A DNA stretch of 64,000 nt from Actinomycetota bacterium (GTDB lineage: Bacteria; Actinomycetota; Actinomycetes; S36-B12; UBA10799), in the NCBI GenBank assembly GCA_020637055.1, contig JACJWR010000001.1, positions 101,237-165,236 on the forward strand. Direction: 5' to 3'. Shown here one piece after another: positions 1 through 8,358 of the stretch (positions are counted from its first letter, which is position 1; each line of letters starts with the position of its first letter). The translations under genes and the position numbers were made by a program. The notes under the pieces are model-generated. The model was not told the origin of the DNA. It ran no database searches and saw only the letters and a program-made list of their open reading frames with translations.

Positions 1-1003
1 GCACCGTCTCATGCCCCTGCTCCGCGCTGGTGGCACCGGCCACGTTGATGTTCGAGCCGTTGAAGAAGTTCAGTCCGAACACCACGTCGGACATCTCCTT
101 GCGCGCGATGTAGGTCATCCGGATCGAACAGGCCTCGCCGTTGACCAGGAACGGCGTGGGCCGGCCGTCGCCGTCGAGGTATTCGATGCCCGTCACCAGG
201 ATCTCGCCGGTGCCGCGCCGGCTCAGACCGAAGTGTTGGGTGCTGTTGAGTCCGATCTTGGCCGCCTCGGCCTCGTTGACCCGCTTGAGGTAGGCATCCA
301 CCACGTCGCGGGCGACGCCCACCTCCTGCACCTCGCCGTGGTCGAGCCACATCGCCTGGTCGCACATCTCGGACACGATGCTCAAGGCGTGCGACACGAT
401 GATCACGGTCGAGCCGCGGGAGCGCAGGTCGGCGATGAAGTCGAAGCACTTGCGCTGGAAGTCTTCGTCGCCCACCGCGATGACCTCGTCGATCACGAGC
501 ACCTCGGGGTCCACCTTCACCGCGATGGCGAAGCCGAGCCGCACGTACATACCCGACGAGTAGGTCTTGACCGGGGAGTCGATGAAGTCGGCGATGCCGG
601 CGAAGTCGATGATCTCCTCGGTCTGCTGCTCGATCTGCTTGCTGGACATGCCGAGGATCGAACCGTTGAGCGCGATGTTCTCGCGGCCGGTGAGTTCCGG
701 GTGGAATCCGGCACCGAGTTCGAGCAGCGCCGACATCCGGCCGTTGACGTGCACGAATCCGGCGGTGGGCCGATAGATTCCGGCCACGACCTTGAGCGCG
801 GTGGACTTGCCGGAGCCGTTGTGGCCGATGATGCCGAACATCGAACCGCGGGGAACCTCGAAGGACGCATCGCGCAGCGCCCAGAACTCCTGGGCCTTGG
901 GCGCCTTGCCTCGCACGAACCGTTCTTTCATCGCCGTGCGACGCTCGCGCTGGAGGCGGAATCGCTTGGAGAGGTTCTCCGCCCGCACCGCGACATCGGT
1001 CAT
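1..1003 (-). CDS. Polysaccharide/teichoic-acid ABC exporter ATP-binding protein (Wzt/TagH-like), 3' end cut by window edge
   Basis: Own translation of the minus frame that is absent from the ORF track (no stop inside window): MTDVAVRAENLSKRF...FGIIGHNGSGKSTALK (Walker A)...YSSGMYVRLGFA...VLVIDEVIAVGD (Walker B)...IIVSH. In-frame TGA at 1028-1030 upstream, so ATG 1003-1001 is the first start. About 90 aa beyond the NBD (EILVTGIEYLDGDGRP...) run off the edge, like Wzt C-terminal domains. Confidence 0.85.
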   Translation of the reverse strand, partial: MTDVAVRAENLSKRFRLQRERRTAMKERFVRGKAPKAQEFWALRDASFEVPRGSMFGIIGHNGSGKSTALKVVAGIYRPTAGFVHVNGRMSALLELGAGFHPELTGRENIALNGSILGMSSKQIEQQTEEIIDFAGIADFIDSPVKTYSSGMYVRLGFAIAVKVDPEVLVIDEVIAVGDEDFQRKCFDFIADLRSRGSTVIIVSHALSIVSEMCDQAMWLDHGEVQEVGVARDVVDAYLKRVNEAEAAKIGLNSTQHFGLSRRGTGEILVTGIEYLDGDGRPTPFLVNGEACSIRMTYIARKEMSDVVFGLNFFNGSNINVAGATSAEQGHETV

Positions 1004-1065
1004 CGCGGCACCGGACCGTGTCGTGTTTCACTCACGCGTGCAACTGTAACCCGAGGCCGTCCCCG

Positions 1066-1071
1066 TAGACT
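1066..1071 (+). promoter_or_regulatory. -10-like hexamer TAGACT upstream of rmlB
   Basis: TANNNT-type hexamer about 100 nt upstream of rmlB GTG; same hexamer recurs upstream of the UDP-xylose synthase gene (12917-12922). No convincing -35. Confidence 0.25.
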
Positions 1072-1172
1072 GGCAGCCGTCGAGTGGGTGTGGCCGCGTC
1101 GTCGGCGCTTGCGTGCGCCGGTCCGGTCCCGACCACCATCGCCCCTCCAACCATCTACGAAAGGGTGTGCGC

Positions 1173-2162
1173 GTGCGCATTCTGGTCACCGGTGCCGCCG
1201 GGTTCATCGGCTCCAACTTCGCCCGCCGGATGCTGCAGGGTTCCTACCCCGCGTTCGCCGACGCCGACGTGACGGTGCTCGACAAGTTGACCTATGCGGG
1301 CAACATCGCCAACCTCGACCCCGTCGCCGACTCGCCCCGCTACCGATTCGTCGAAGGTGACATCTGCGATGCGGCGCTGCTCGCCGACGTGATGCCCGGC
1401 CACGACGCGGTGGTGCACTTCGCCGCCGAATCGCACGTGGATCGCAGCATCACCGGCGCCGCCGACTTCGTGCTGACGAACGTGCTGGGCACCCAGCAAC
1501 TGCTGCAGGCGGCGCTGAACGCCGACGTCGACAGGTTCGTGCACGTCTCCACCGACGAGGTGTACGGCTCGATCGAATCGGGATCCTGGCCGGAGGACTG
1601 GCCGCTGCAGCCGAACTCGCCGTACTCCGCGTCGAAGGCGGGCTCGGATCTGATCGCCCGCTCCTATGCGCGCACCTTCGGCATGGACGTGCGCATCACT
1701 CGCTGCTCCAACAACTACGGCCCCTACCAGTTCCCGGAGAAGGTCATCCCGCTGTTCGTCACCAACCTGATGGACGGCCTGCCGGTGCCGCTGTACGGCG
1801 AGGGCAACAACGTGCGGGATTGGCTGCACGTGGACGACCACTGCAACGGGATCCAACTCGTGCTCGACGGCGGCCGGGCCGGCGAGGTCTACAACATCGG
1901 CGGCGGCACCGAACTGACGAACAAAGAACTGACTTTCATGATCCTCGAGGCGATGGGGGCCGGCGAGGAGATGGTGAAGCGAGTGGCGGACCGCAAGGGC
2001 CACGACCTGCGCTACTCGGTGGACATCTCCAAGATCTCCGCCGAGTTGGGCTACGCACCGGCGGTGCCGTTCGAGCAAGGGCTGGCGGAGACCATCGAGT
2101 GGTACCAGACCAACGAAGACTGGTGGCGGCCGCTCAAGGCCAACACCCCGGCGGCACGGTAG
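1173..2162 (+). CDS. rmlB: dTDP-glucose 4,6-dehydratase
   Basis: VRILVTGAAGFIGSNF Rossmann motif, SPYSASKAGSD (YxxxK), full-length SDR-extended look. GTG 1173 in frame with ORF 1113..2162 and preceded by GAAAGGG RBS; GTG 1167 is an alternative. Confidence 0.93.
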   Translation: MRILVTGAAGFIGSNFARRMLQGSYPAFADADVTVLDKLTYAGNIANLDPVADSPRYRFVEGDICDAALLADVMPGHDAVVHFAAESHVDRSITGAADFVLTNVLGTQQLLQAALNADVDRFVHVSTDEVYGSIESGSWPEDWPLQPNSPYSASKAGSDLIARSYARTFGMDVRITRCSNNYGPYQFPEKVIPLFVTNLMDGLPVPLYGEGNNVRDWLHVDDHCNGIQLVLDGGRAGEVYNIGGGTELTNKELTFMILEAMGAGEEMVKRVADRKGHDLRYSVDISKISAELGYAPAVPFEQGLAETIEWYQTNEDWWRPLKANTPAAR

Positions 2163-2174
2163 GAGGTTCGGACG

Positions 2175-3053
2175 GTGGCGCGCTGGCTGGTGGTGGGTGC
2201 GAACGGGCAACTCGGGCACGACTTGATGGAGGTGCTGCCTGCGGCTGGACACGAGGCTGTCGGTATGGATCTGCCGGAGATCGACATCACCGATGCCGAC
2301 TCGGTGGCGGCGGCGCTCGACTCCGAGCTCGGGCCCTTCGATGTGGTGGTGAACGCGGCCGCCTACACCGCGGTGGACGCTGCGGAATCCGACGAGGCCA
2401 CCGCGCTGAAGGTCAACGGCGACGGCCCTGCCGTGCTCGCCGCAGCTGTGGCCGCCCGGCCGGGCATGCGTCTGGTGCAGGTGAGCACCGACTATGTCTT
2501 CGACGGGACGGCGACCGAGCCGTACGCCGAGGATGCCCCGATGGCGCCCGCCTCGGCCTACGGTCGGACCAAAGCGGCCGGTGAGACCGCGGTGCTGGAG
2601 GCGCTCCCGGATCGGGGGTACGTGGTGCGCACCGCGTGGCTGTACGGCGCGAACGGGGCCAACTTCGTCAAGACCATGCTGCGGCTGGCCGACCAGCGGG
2701 AGACCCTCGCGGTGGTGGACGACCAACGCGGGCAACCCACCTGGAGCCGCGACCTGGCGGTGGCGATCGAAGCCCTGGTCTCGTCCGGGGCACCAGCCGG
2801 GGTGTACCACGGCACGTCGAGCGGGGAGACCACCTGGTTCGGCTTCACCAGGGAGATCTTCCGCTTGGCCGGATTGGACCCCGAGCGAGTGGAGCCGACC
2901 ACCACCGAAGCCTTCCCGCGACCCGCTCCCCGCCCGGCCTACAGCGTGCTGGGCCACGAGCGTTGGGCCACGGTCGGGTTGCCTGCGATCCGCGGCTGGG
3001 ACGCCGCACTCGCCGAGGCGCTGCCGCTGATCATGGCCGCAGAACAGAGCTAG
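2175..3053 (+). CDS. rmlD: dTDP-4-dehydrorhamnose reductase
   Basis: WLVVGANGQLGHDL, STDYVFDG, YGRTKAAGE motifs; AGGAGG RBS at 2161-2166; follows rmlB by 12 nt. Confidence 0.92.
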   Translation: MARWLVVGANGQLGHDLMEVLPAAGHEAVGMDLPEIDITDADSVAAALDSELGPFDVVVNAAAYTAVDAAESDEATALKVNGDGPAVLAAAVAARPGMRLVQVSTDYVFDGTATEPYAEDAPMAPASAYGRTKAAGETAVLEALPDRGYVVRTAWLYGANGANFVKTMLRLADQRETLAVVDDQRGQPTWSRDLAVAIEALVSSGAPAGVYHGTSSGETTWFGFTREIFRLAGLDPERVEPTTTEAFPRPAPRPAYSVLGHERWATVGLPAIRGWDAALAEALPLIMAAEQS

Positions 3054-3092
3054 CGCGCGCGGGGTCGGCGCGGTGTGGCGCCGGGGGCGAGC

Positions 3093-4091
3093 TCACCGCC
3101 GTCGGCCGGACGCACCGTTGCGGCGTCGGGCGTTGGTGAACTTCGGGGCGGGCAGTTGCAGTTCGGCAGCCCGGCTCAGAAGGAACCCTTCCGTCACCGC
3201 CATGACGTCGTCGAGTGCGGTGAACACGTCCGAGACGGCGAACCGCATGAGCACCAGCGGCAACAGTTGGATGTCGTTGTGCCGACGCAGATCGGGCACG
3301 AAAGCCTCGGCTTTCGCATGCACGCTGCGGCCGTCGATCTCGTAGCCGAGGCGGTAGTCGTCGAACAGGCCGTCCATGTATCTGTTGCCGTTTCGGGTGG
3401 TCACCTGCACGTTGAGTTTCGGCCGCGGCAGCCCACGTTGGACTGCCGCACGCCAGTAGGCCGCCTCACCACCGGACGCGGCACCGGCCTCGAGTTCCTC
3501 GACCACGAGGCGCAACGCCTCGGCGCCCCCGCGCGGCGGGCGTTTCGCCGCCTGGAGTTGGCCCGGGGAAGTCAGGTTCTTGCGCACGGCATCGGCGGCG
3601 ATGCAGCGAAGGTCGTTGAGACACACCTGATCGGCGAGGTCCACCACCGTGGCCGCCACGGTAGACAGCCAAAGACCTCCGACGAAGTCACGGGGTGTCG
3701 ACCGGCGGTTGCGGTGCAGCTGGACGAGGGGGTGGCGCCGCCGCGTCGCGCCGTGCGGAATCGTGACGTCCAGGGGGTCACCGGGTCTGGGGGTCGGCAA
3801 CAGCCCGTGCAGTCCGGCAGCAGTGCGGTGTGAGAGGTGCGCCTCCTCGCCCGCGCAAAGCAGCCCGCACCGCAGCCAGCCATGGATCTGGTTCGACGCG
3901 CCAGTCGCGTCGATCACTCCGGGTAGCGGTTCCCACCAGCGCCCGGTGGCCAGTCGCCGCCGCAACCAGCCTGCGTGTACACCCGCGGCGAGCAAATCGC
4001 GACGGCGAGCAAGGCCATCACTGAGCACACCTTCGGCGATGGCGGCGGACGACACGCCCGCCACGGTGCCCGGTGCGACGTGACCGGCCAA
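3093..4091 (-). CDS. AbiEi_4-like N-terminal / DUF559 endonuclease-like C-terminal domain protein
   Basis: N-terminus GVLSDGLARRRDLLAAGVHAGWLRRRLATGRWWEPLPGV; C-terminus YRLGYEIDGRSVHA...RRHNDIQLLPLVLMRFAVSDV, resembling DUF559/Vsr-fold proteins common in actinobacteria. The ORF-track start is a TTG; GTG at 4064 is an alternative. Confidence 0.6.
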   Translation of the reverse strand: MAGHVAPGTVAGVSSAAIAEGVLSDGLARRRDLLAAGVHAGWLRRRLATGRWWEPLPGVIDATGASNQIHGWLRCGLLCAGEEAHLSHRTAAGLHGLLPTPRPGDPLDVTIPHGATRRRHPLVQLHRNRRSTPRDFVGGLWLSTVAATVVDLADQVCLNDLRCIAADAVRKNLTSPGQLQAAKRPPRGGAEALRLVVEELEAGAASGGEAAYWRAAVQRGLPRPKLNVQVTTRNGNRYMDGLFDDYRLGYEIDGRSVHAKAEAFVPDLRRHNDIQLLPLVLMRFAVSDVFTALDDVMAVTEGFLLSRAAELQLPAPKFTNARRRNGASGRRR

Positions 4092-4293
4092 GGTCCAGTA
4101 GGCGACCTGTGGAAGGGCCAGCGTTCCCAGTCACGGAGTGTTGCTGGTGCCTGCGCAGGAAGTGCCGCGGCACACACAGTCTGGATTCTCCCCATCCGAG
4201 CCAGATCGGGGCCGAACACCGGCGTGTCGTGGCCGCAAGCTGCCTGTTGGGGAGGATCGAGACCGTCTCTAGCCTCGCTTCACGCTCAAGCCT

Positions 4294-4311
4294 CCCGCCG
4301 TCACCGGCGGG
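4294..4311 (-). terminator. Stem-loop directly after GT2 gene (CCCGCCG-GTGA-CGGCGGG on minus strand)
   Basis: 7-bp GC stem, 4-nt loop, 15 nt downstream of the stop at 4326-4328; no U-tract (I-shaped type common in high-GC actinobacteria). Confidence 0.45.
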
Positions 4312-4325
4312 GCGGCCAGTTTCAC

Positions 4326-5282
4326 CTAGTTCCCGGGGCCCAAAGGGGTCGGTGCGGGGTAGGAGAGGTAACTGAGCCGGTTCGCCTCGATGCGGTTGCG
4401 GGTCACCCGCTCCAGGATGAGCCCGGTAAGGATGATCAAGCCGCCCACTGTGAGGGCGCCGACGCCGGCGATCAAACTGGGGAAACGCTCCACCAGACCC
4501 GTGCTGAAATACTCCGACACCGCGATCCAGAGCAGCACTGCGGCAAGGATCAGCCAGGGCAGGCTCAGCAGAGCGAACGCCAAGCTGGGCCGGGCATCGC
4601 GGAACAGCCGCAGGTTGCGGCGAAGGATCCGGGCGCCGTCGCGATACGTGTTGAGTTTGCTTTCGGAACCTTCCGGCCGGGCGAAGTAGGGGGTGTCCAC
4701 CTCGCCGATCGGCACGCCCAAGGTGGCGGCGTGGGCGTTGAGTTCGGCCTCGATCTCGAAGCCGGCGGCACCGGTCGGGAAGGACTTCACGAATCGACGG
4801 CTCATCACCCGGTAGCCCGAGAGAGTGTCGCGCAGCTGCAGCTTGAACAGCTTCTGGAAGATCCAGGTGAGCATCGCGTTGCCGAGCGTGTGCCCGGGGC
4901 GATACGCCTCGGCCCGCTCGCCTGCCACCACCCGGGCGCCGTTGACCATGTCCACCCCATGGTGGAGCACCAGATCCACCAACTCAGGCGCGGCATCAGG
5001 GTCGTAGGTGGCGTCGCCGTCGATCATCACGTAGCAGTCGGCCTCCACATCGGCCAGCAGCCGACGCACCGCGTACCCCTTGCCAGGGCGAGATTCCGAG
5101 AGCACCTGGGCACCGTGCTGGCGGGCGACCTCGGCGGTCCGATCCGTGGATCGGTTGTCCGCCACCACCACCACGCACCCCGGCAAGGTGCGAGAGAAGC
5201 CGTCGATCACGTCTGCGATCGTCTGCTCCTCGTTGTGGCAGGGAACGACCACTGCAACCCTGGCGTAGGGGGCGTCACTCAT
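4326..5282 (-). CDS. GT2 polyprenyl-phosphate glycosyltransferase (GtrB/CsbB/DPM1-like) with two C-terminal TM helices
   Basis: VAVVVPCHNEEQTI...VVVADNRSTDRT...GKGYAV...VMIDGDATYD (DxD) catalytic domain, then LAFALLSLPWLILAAVLLWIAV and SLIAGVGALTVGGLIILTGLIL hydrophobic helices. Confidence 0.85.
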   Translation of the reverse strand: MSDAPYARVAVVVPCHNEEQTIADVIDGFSRTLPGCVVVVADNRSTDRTAEVARQHGAQVLSESRPGKGYAVRRLLADVEADCYVMIDGDATYDPDAAPELVDLVLHHGVDMVNGARVVAGERAEAYRPGHTLGNAMLTWIFQKLFKLQLRDTLSGYRVMSRRFVKSFPTGAAGFEIEAELNAHAATLGVPIGEVDTPYFARPEGSESKLNTYRDGARILRRNLRLFRDARPSLAFALLSLPWLILAAVLLWIAVSEYFSTGLVERFPSLIAGVGALTVGGLIILTGLILERVTRNRIEANRLSYLSYPAPTPLGPGN

Positions 5283-5404
5283 GCGGTGCGGAACCTCACT
5301 GGTCTGGGCGGCGCGGCGCCGTGTCGGATGGGCCGGCGGCGCATCCTCACCCTACCGGCGCACCGGCGCCGCACCGCCGCGAACCCGATGGCGGCGCGTG
5401 TCGA

Positions 5405-7366
5405 TCAACCCCGGGCGTAGATCACGAATTGTTCGCCGTTCCACACCCCGCGGTCGAGTTCGGTCAGACAACTCGTGCCCGCCAGCGGGACCGAAGAGAT
5501 GACACGGTCGACGGCGAACTCGTCGAGCACCGGAGCGCAAGGGTCCAAAGTGATCACGATGTCGTCCGGGGCGATGGCGGTGATGACCGGCTGCTCCACT
5601 CCGGGCACCCACTCGAACGACACTTTCGACACCGCGCGGTTCCACTGCTCGGAGTACTCACCCTGCGGATCCAGCACCCGCCATCGATCCGACGGCCCCG
5701 CCCACTGTTCGCCCGACAAGGCCGGTACCCCGTTGGCGATGAGCAGCGAACTCAGGCTCGGCGAATCCACCGCGAACAGGCCCCCGGATCCTTCCGGCTC
5801 GGAGGCCAGCACCGCCGCCGCGGCCTCCGAGCCGCGCAGTGGGGCGAGTCCCTTCTGCACCGGGTTCACCGAATAGACGATGAGGCCCGAGCCGATGATC
5901 GCGGCGGCGAATCCGAGACTCAGCCAGACCGGTTTGCCGCCGGCAAACAACAGCAGGATCGCCGTGGTGACCACGGTGATCACCACGATCGTGCTGGTGG
6001 TGAGTTCAGCCACCAAGACCTCGGCCATGTTGCGACCCGCGAGGTAGAGCACCACGGCACTGGTCACGGCCACTATCCCTGCCAAGACCCACCCGAGCCG
6101 GACACCGAGCAGCGGGGCGATCGCGAGCACCACCACCAGACCCCAGATGGCGGCCATCCGGGTCGGCGGCACGAGGTTGAGCAGCGGCACCGCCTCGCCG
6201 AGCGCGACCGGCCAGTCGATCAGGAACCACGAGAACCCAACGGCCAGCAGCAACCCGGTGAGCACCACGCGCACACGCCAGCCTTTGCCGTTCGCCCGCC
6301 ATCCGGCCACGGCCAGCGCCAGCCACAACACGCCCGCGATCGTCCAACTACCCGACCATTCGGTGGGGTTGTCCACCAGGTAGGCGGGGCTGGTCTGGAA
6401 GATGCCGTCGAACGGGGCACCGAAGGAGCGGCCGAGTGCGACGAACTCACCGGCCACCCGCCGTTGGCCCGGATAGGTGGTTTCCGACAAGGCGGTGAAG
6501 GCGGCGTCGTTGAGCAGGATCAGACCCAGCGTGACGGCGGCCGCGACCACCGCGCTCGCGACGGCGACGATCGCGATCCGCAGCGCGTCCGCCTTGCTGC
6601 GGATCACGAAGATCAACGTGAGCGCGAGGACCGCTCCGGTGAGCGGCAGCGACCAGGGGGCGTAACTCCACGGCACCCTGGCCAGGGCGACCCCGGCGAC
6701 CACGGCGAGTCCGACGGTGCCCAGGATCCGCGCCCACCGGCCGCTCAGCCGCATCGCCAGCACCCAGCAGGCGGCCGCGACCACCCCGGGCAAGATCGCC
6801 GAGAAGGGCCGCAGCGACCACCAGGCGACGACCGGGGTGAGTGTGAACACTGCGGTGAGGCCGAACGCGACGCCGAACCGCGCCCCCCAGGCCATCAGCA
6901 GATACGGCAACAGCAGCAGCACCACCGCCACCGGGAACCAGAACCCGGCGGCGAACAGCGGCCCGTCGGGCAGCCATCGGCCCAGGTACTGCACACCCAT
7001 CTCGCCGAATACCGCACTCTCCAGCCACACCCCGGCATCCGCGGGCACCGTCGAGGTGACGAACGGGTCGTTGGTGAGCGGTGTGGTGAAGTCCGCGTCG
7101 CCGGCCGTCTGCACACCGAGCATCAGCGGCGTGACCCGGGCGTATTCGTCGGATCGAAGCGGTTCGGCCTGCCCGACCAGGATTCCCGATTCGACCGTCG
7201 GCTCGGAGACGTAGGTGCCCATCGACGACACCGTCACGCCCGCCAACGAGAGCACCAGCCACCCCACCAGCACCGCCACCCACCAGGCGCGCAGCAGCGC
7301 GAGGTCCTTGCCTCGATACCGTGGGGTCGCGGCAGCGTCCCGGGTGTCGATCCCAGCGGCGCTCAT
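5405..7366 (-). CDS. Polytopic membrane protein, GT-C-like candidate (654 aa)
   Basis: Start moved to ATG 7366-7364 (MSAAGIDTRD...), which overlaps the upstream stop as ATGA; the ORF-track N-terminal 190 aa are Arg/Pro-rich out-of-frame shadow. About 13 hydrophobic segments by eye, acidic first loop PLRSDEYARVTP, soluble C-terminal ~150 aa. Confidence 0.75.
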   Translation of the reverse strand: MSAAGIDTRDAAATPRYRGKDLALLRAWWVAVLVGWLVLSLAGVTVSSMGTYVSEPTVESGILVGQAEPLRSDEYARVTPLMLGVQTAGDADFTTPLTNDPFVTSTVPADAGVWLESAVFGEMGVQYLGRWLPDGPLFAAGFWFPVAVVLLLLPYLLMAWGARFGVAFGLTAVFTLTPVVAWWSLRPFSAILPGVVAAACWVLAMRLSGRWARILGTVGLAVVAGVALARVPWSYAPWSLPLTGAVLALTLIFVIRSKADALRIAIVAVASAVVAAAVTLGLILLNDAAFTALSETTYPGQRRVAGEFVALGRSFGAPFDGIFQTSPAYLVDNPTEWSGSWTIAGVLWLALAVAGWRANGKGWRVRVVLTGLLLAVGFSWFLIDWPVALGEAVPLLNLVPPTRMAAIWGLVVVLAIAPLLGVRLGWVLAGIVAVTSAVVLYLAGRNMAEVLVAELTTSTIVVITVVTTAILLLFAGGKPVWLSLGFAAAIIGSGLIVYSVNPVQKGLAPLRGSEAAAAVLASEPEGSGGLFAVDSPSLSSLLIANGVPALSGEQWAGPSDRWRVLDPQGEYSEQWNRAVSKVSFEWVPGVEQPVITAIAPDDIVITLDPCAPVLDEFAVDRVISSVPLAGTSCLTELDRGVWNGEQFVIYARG

Positions 7367-8358
7367 GGCATCCGCCGGGATTCGCGGCGACCCGGACACA
7401 ACCGACCGTGGCGCTGCTCCAAGATTCGGTGCACGGCGGAGAGCGGTTGCCGGCGGCGGCGCCAGACGTCGGCGACCACCGCAGCCCCATCGGGGGTCCA
7501 GGCCAGGGTGTGGGTGCCCAGCGCATCGGCGCTCAGGTCGGTGCCTTCGATTCGGCGGCGCACCTCGCCCGGGCCCGGGACGGCCGGGTCCCAAGTCACC
7601 AGGGAGGTGGCGACCCCGTAGTTCTCGGAGCAATCCTGCGTGCTGCGAAGACCGCGCGTGAGGTCGAGGTTCCCCGCCGGACGCGCGAGCACGGCGTCGC
7701 GGAATCGGACCTCGGGCTGTTCGATCCAGCCGACACCTTCCGGCGCGACCCACTGGCGGAACCCGGCGAACTCGTCCGAGCCGCTGGTGCCGGTGAGGTA
7801 CCAGTCCTGCCCGCCGTGGGGATCGAGCAGCGTCGTCGGATCGTCCTCGTCGGGCACCACGACCGGCGTGGGTCCGGGCGGCGGGATCGCGATCGCCGGA
7901 TCGATCACGCCGACCGGCAGGGTCCGCAGCGAGGCGATCCACGGCTCACCGACGGCGGTGAAGGTGTAGGTCGGGGCGGCCGGGTCGCACGATTCCACGG
8001 TGGCCACCCACGTCCCGTCGTTGAGGTGCACCTGCGGGAAGGAGAAATGGTGGGAACTCGCCAGCACCGTGCGGCGGGTGACCACCTGACCGGTCTCGGA
8101 GACCCGCAACGCCACTATGCGGCCCAATCCACGCCAACGGAGGTACTCCTCCACGAAGATCCACAGGTCGCCGGCGGCATCCCGGACCGGGAACGGGTCG
8201 GCCCAGAATCGGTCCCGCTCGGGAGCAGCGAGGAAAGCTCCGCCGGGCGGAGCGCCGTCGAGGAGGTCGTCGAGGGTGGGCGCGAGCACGACCACAGCCC
8301 ACGCCCGCTCCTGGGTGACACCGCGGATCAGCCGGCTCACGCCGTCCGCGCCGGTCAT
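7363..8358 (-). CDS. GINT1_N-like (glucosamine inositolphosphorylceramide transferase N-terminal-like / GH43-like beta-propeller) protein of unknown function
   Basis: FWADPFPVRDAAGDLWIFVEEY, HHFSFPQV, ARPAGNLDLTRGLRSTQDCSENYG resemble the motifs I recall for this family. Start ATG 8358-8356 overlaps the GT4 stop (ATGA). Confidence 0.6.
   Translation of the reverse strand: MTGADGVSRLIRGVTQERAWAVVVLAPTLDDLLDGAPPGGAFLAAPERDRFWADPFPVRDAAGDLWIFVEEYLRWRGLGRIVALRVSETGQVVTRRTVLASSHHFSFPQVHLNDGTWVATVESCDPAAPTYTFTAVGEPWIASLRTLPVGVIDPAIAIPPPGPTPVVVPDEDDPTTLLDPHGGQDWYLTGTSGSDEFAGFRQWVAPEGVGWIEQPEVRFRDAVLARPAGNLDLTRGLRSTQDCSENYGVATSLVTWDPAVPGPGEVRRRIEGTDLSADALGTHTLAWTPDGAAVVADVWRRRRQPLSAVHRILEQRHGRLCPGRRESRRMP

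Noticed and set aside
11-2957. Long ORFs 11..1360 (+), 9..1031 (-), 1155..2957 (-), 1820..2584 (+)
   Set aside because: Their translations are Arg/Gly/His/Pro-rich low-complexity strings lying opposite or out of frame to clearly recognisable genes (Wzt-like ATPase, rmlB, rmlD). These are typical shadow ORFs of a ~70% GC genome.
3093-4091. Calling the AbiEi/DUF559 gene a toxin-antitoxin system or mobile element
   Set aside because: No partner toxin (AbiEii nucleotidyltransferase), integrase, transposase, terminal repeats or tRNA attachment site is visible.
5321-7942. 766-aa ORF 5321..7621 (+) and the first ~190 codons of ORF 5405..7942 (-)
   Set aside because: The plus-strand ORF is an His/Arg/Asp/Gly-rich antisense shadow of the membrane-protein gene. 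The N-terminal extension of the minus ORF is Arg/Pro-rich and overlaps the GINT1_N-like gene out of frame. An ATGA-coupled ATG at 7366 gives a sensible N-terminus.
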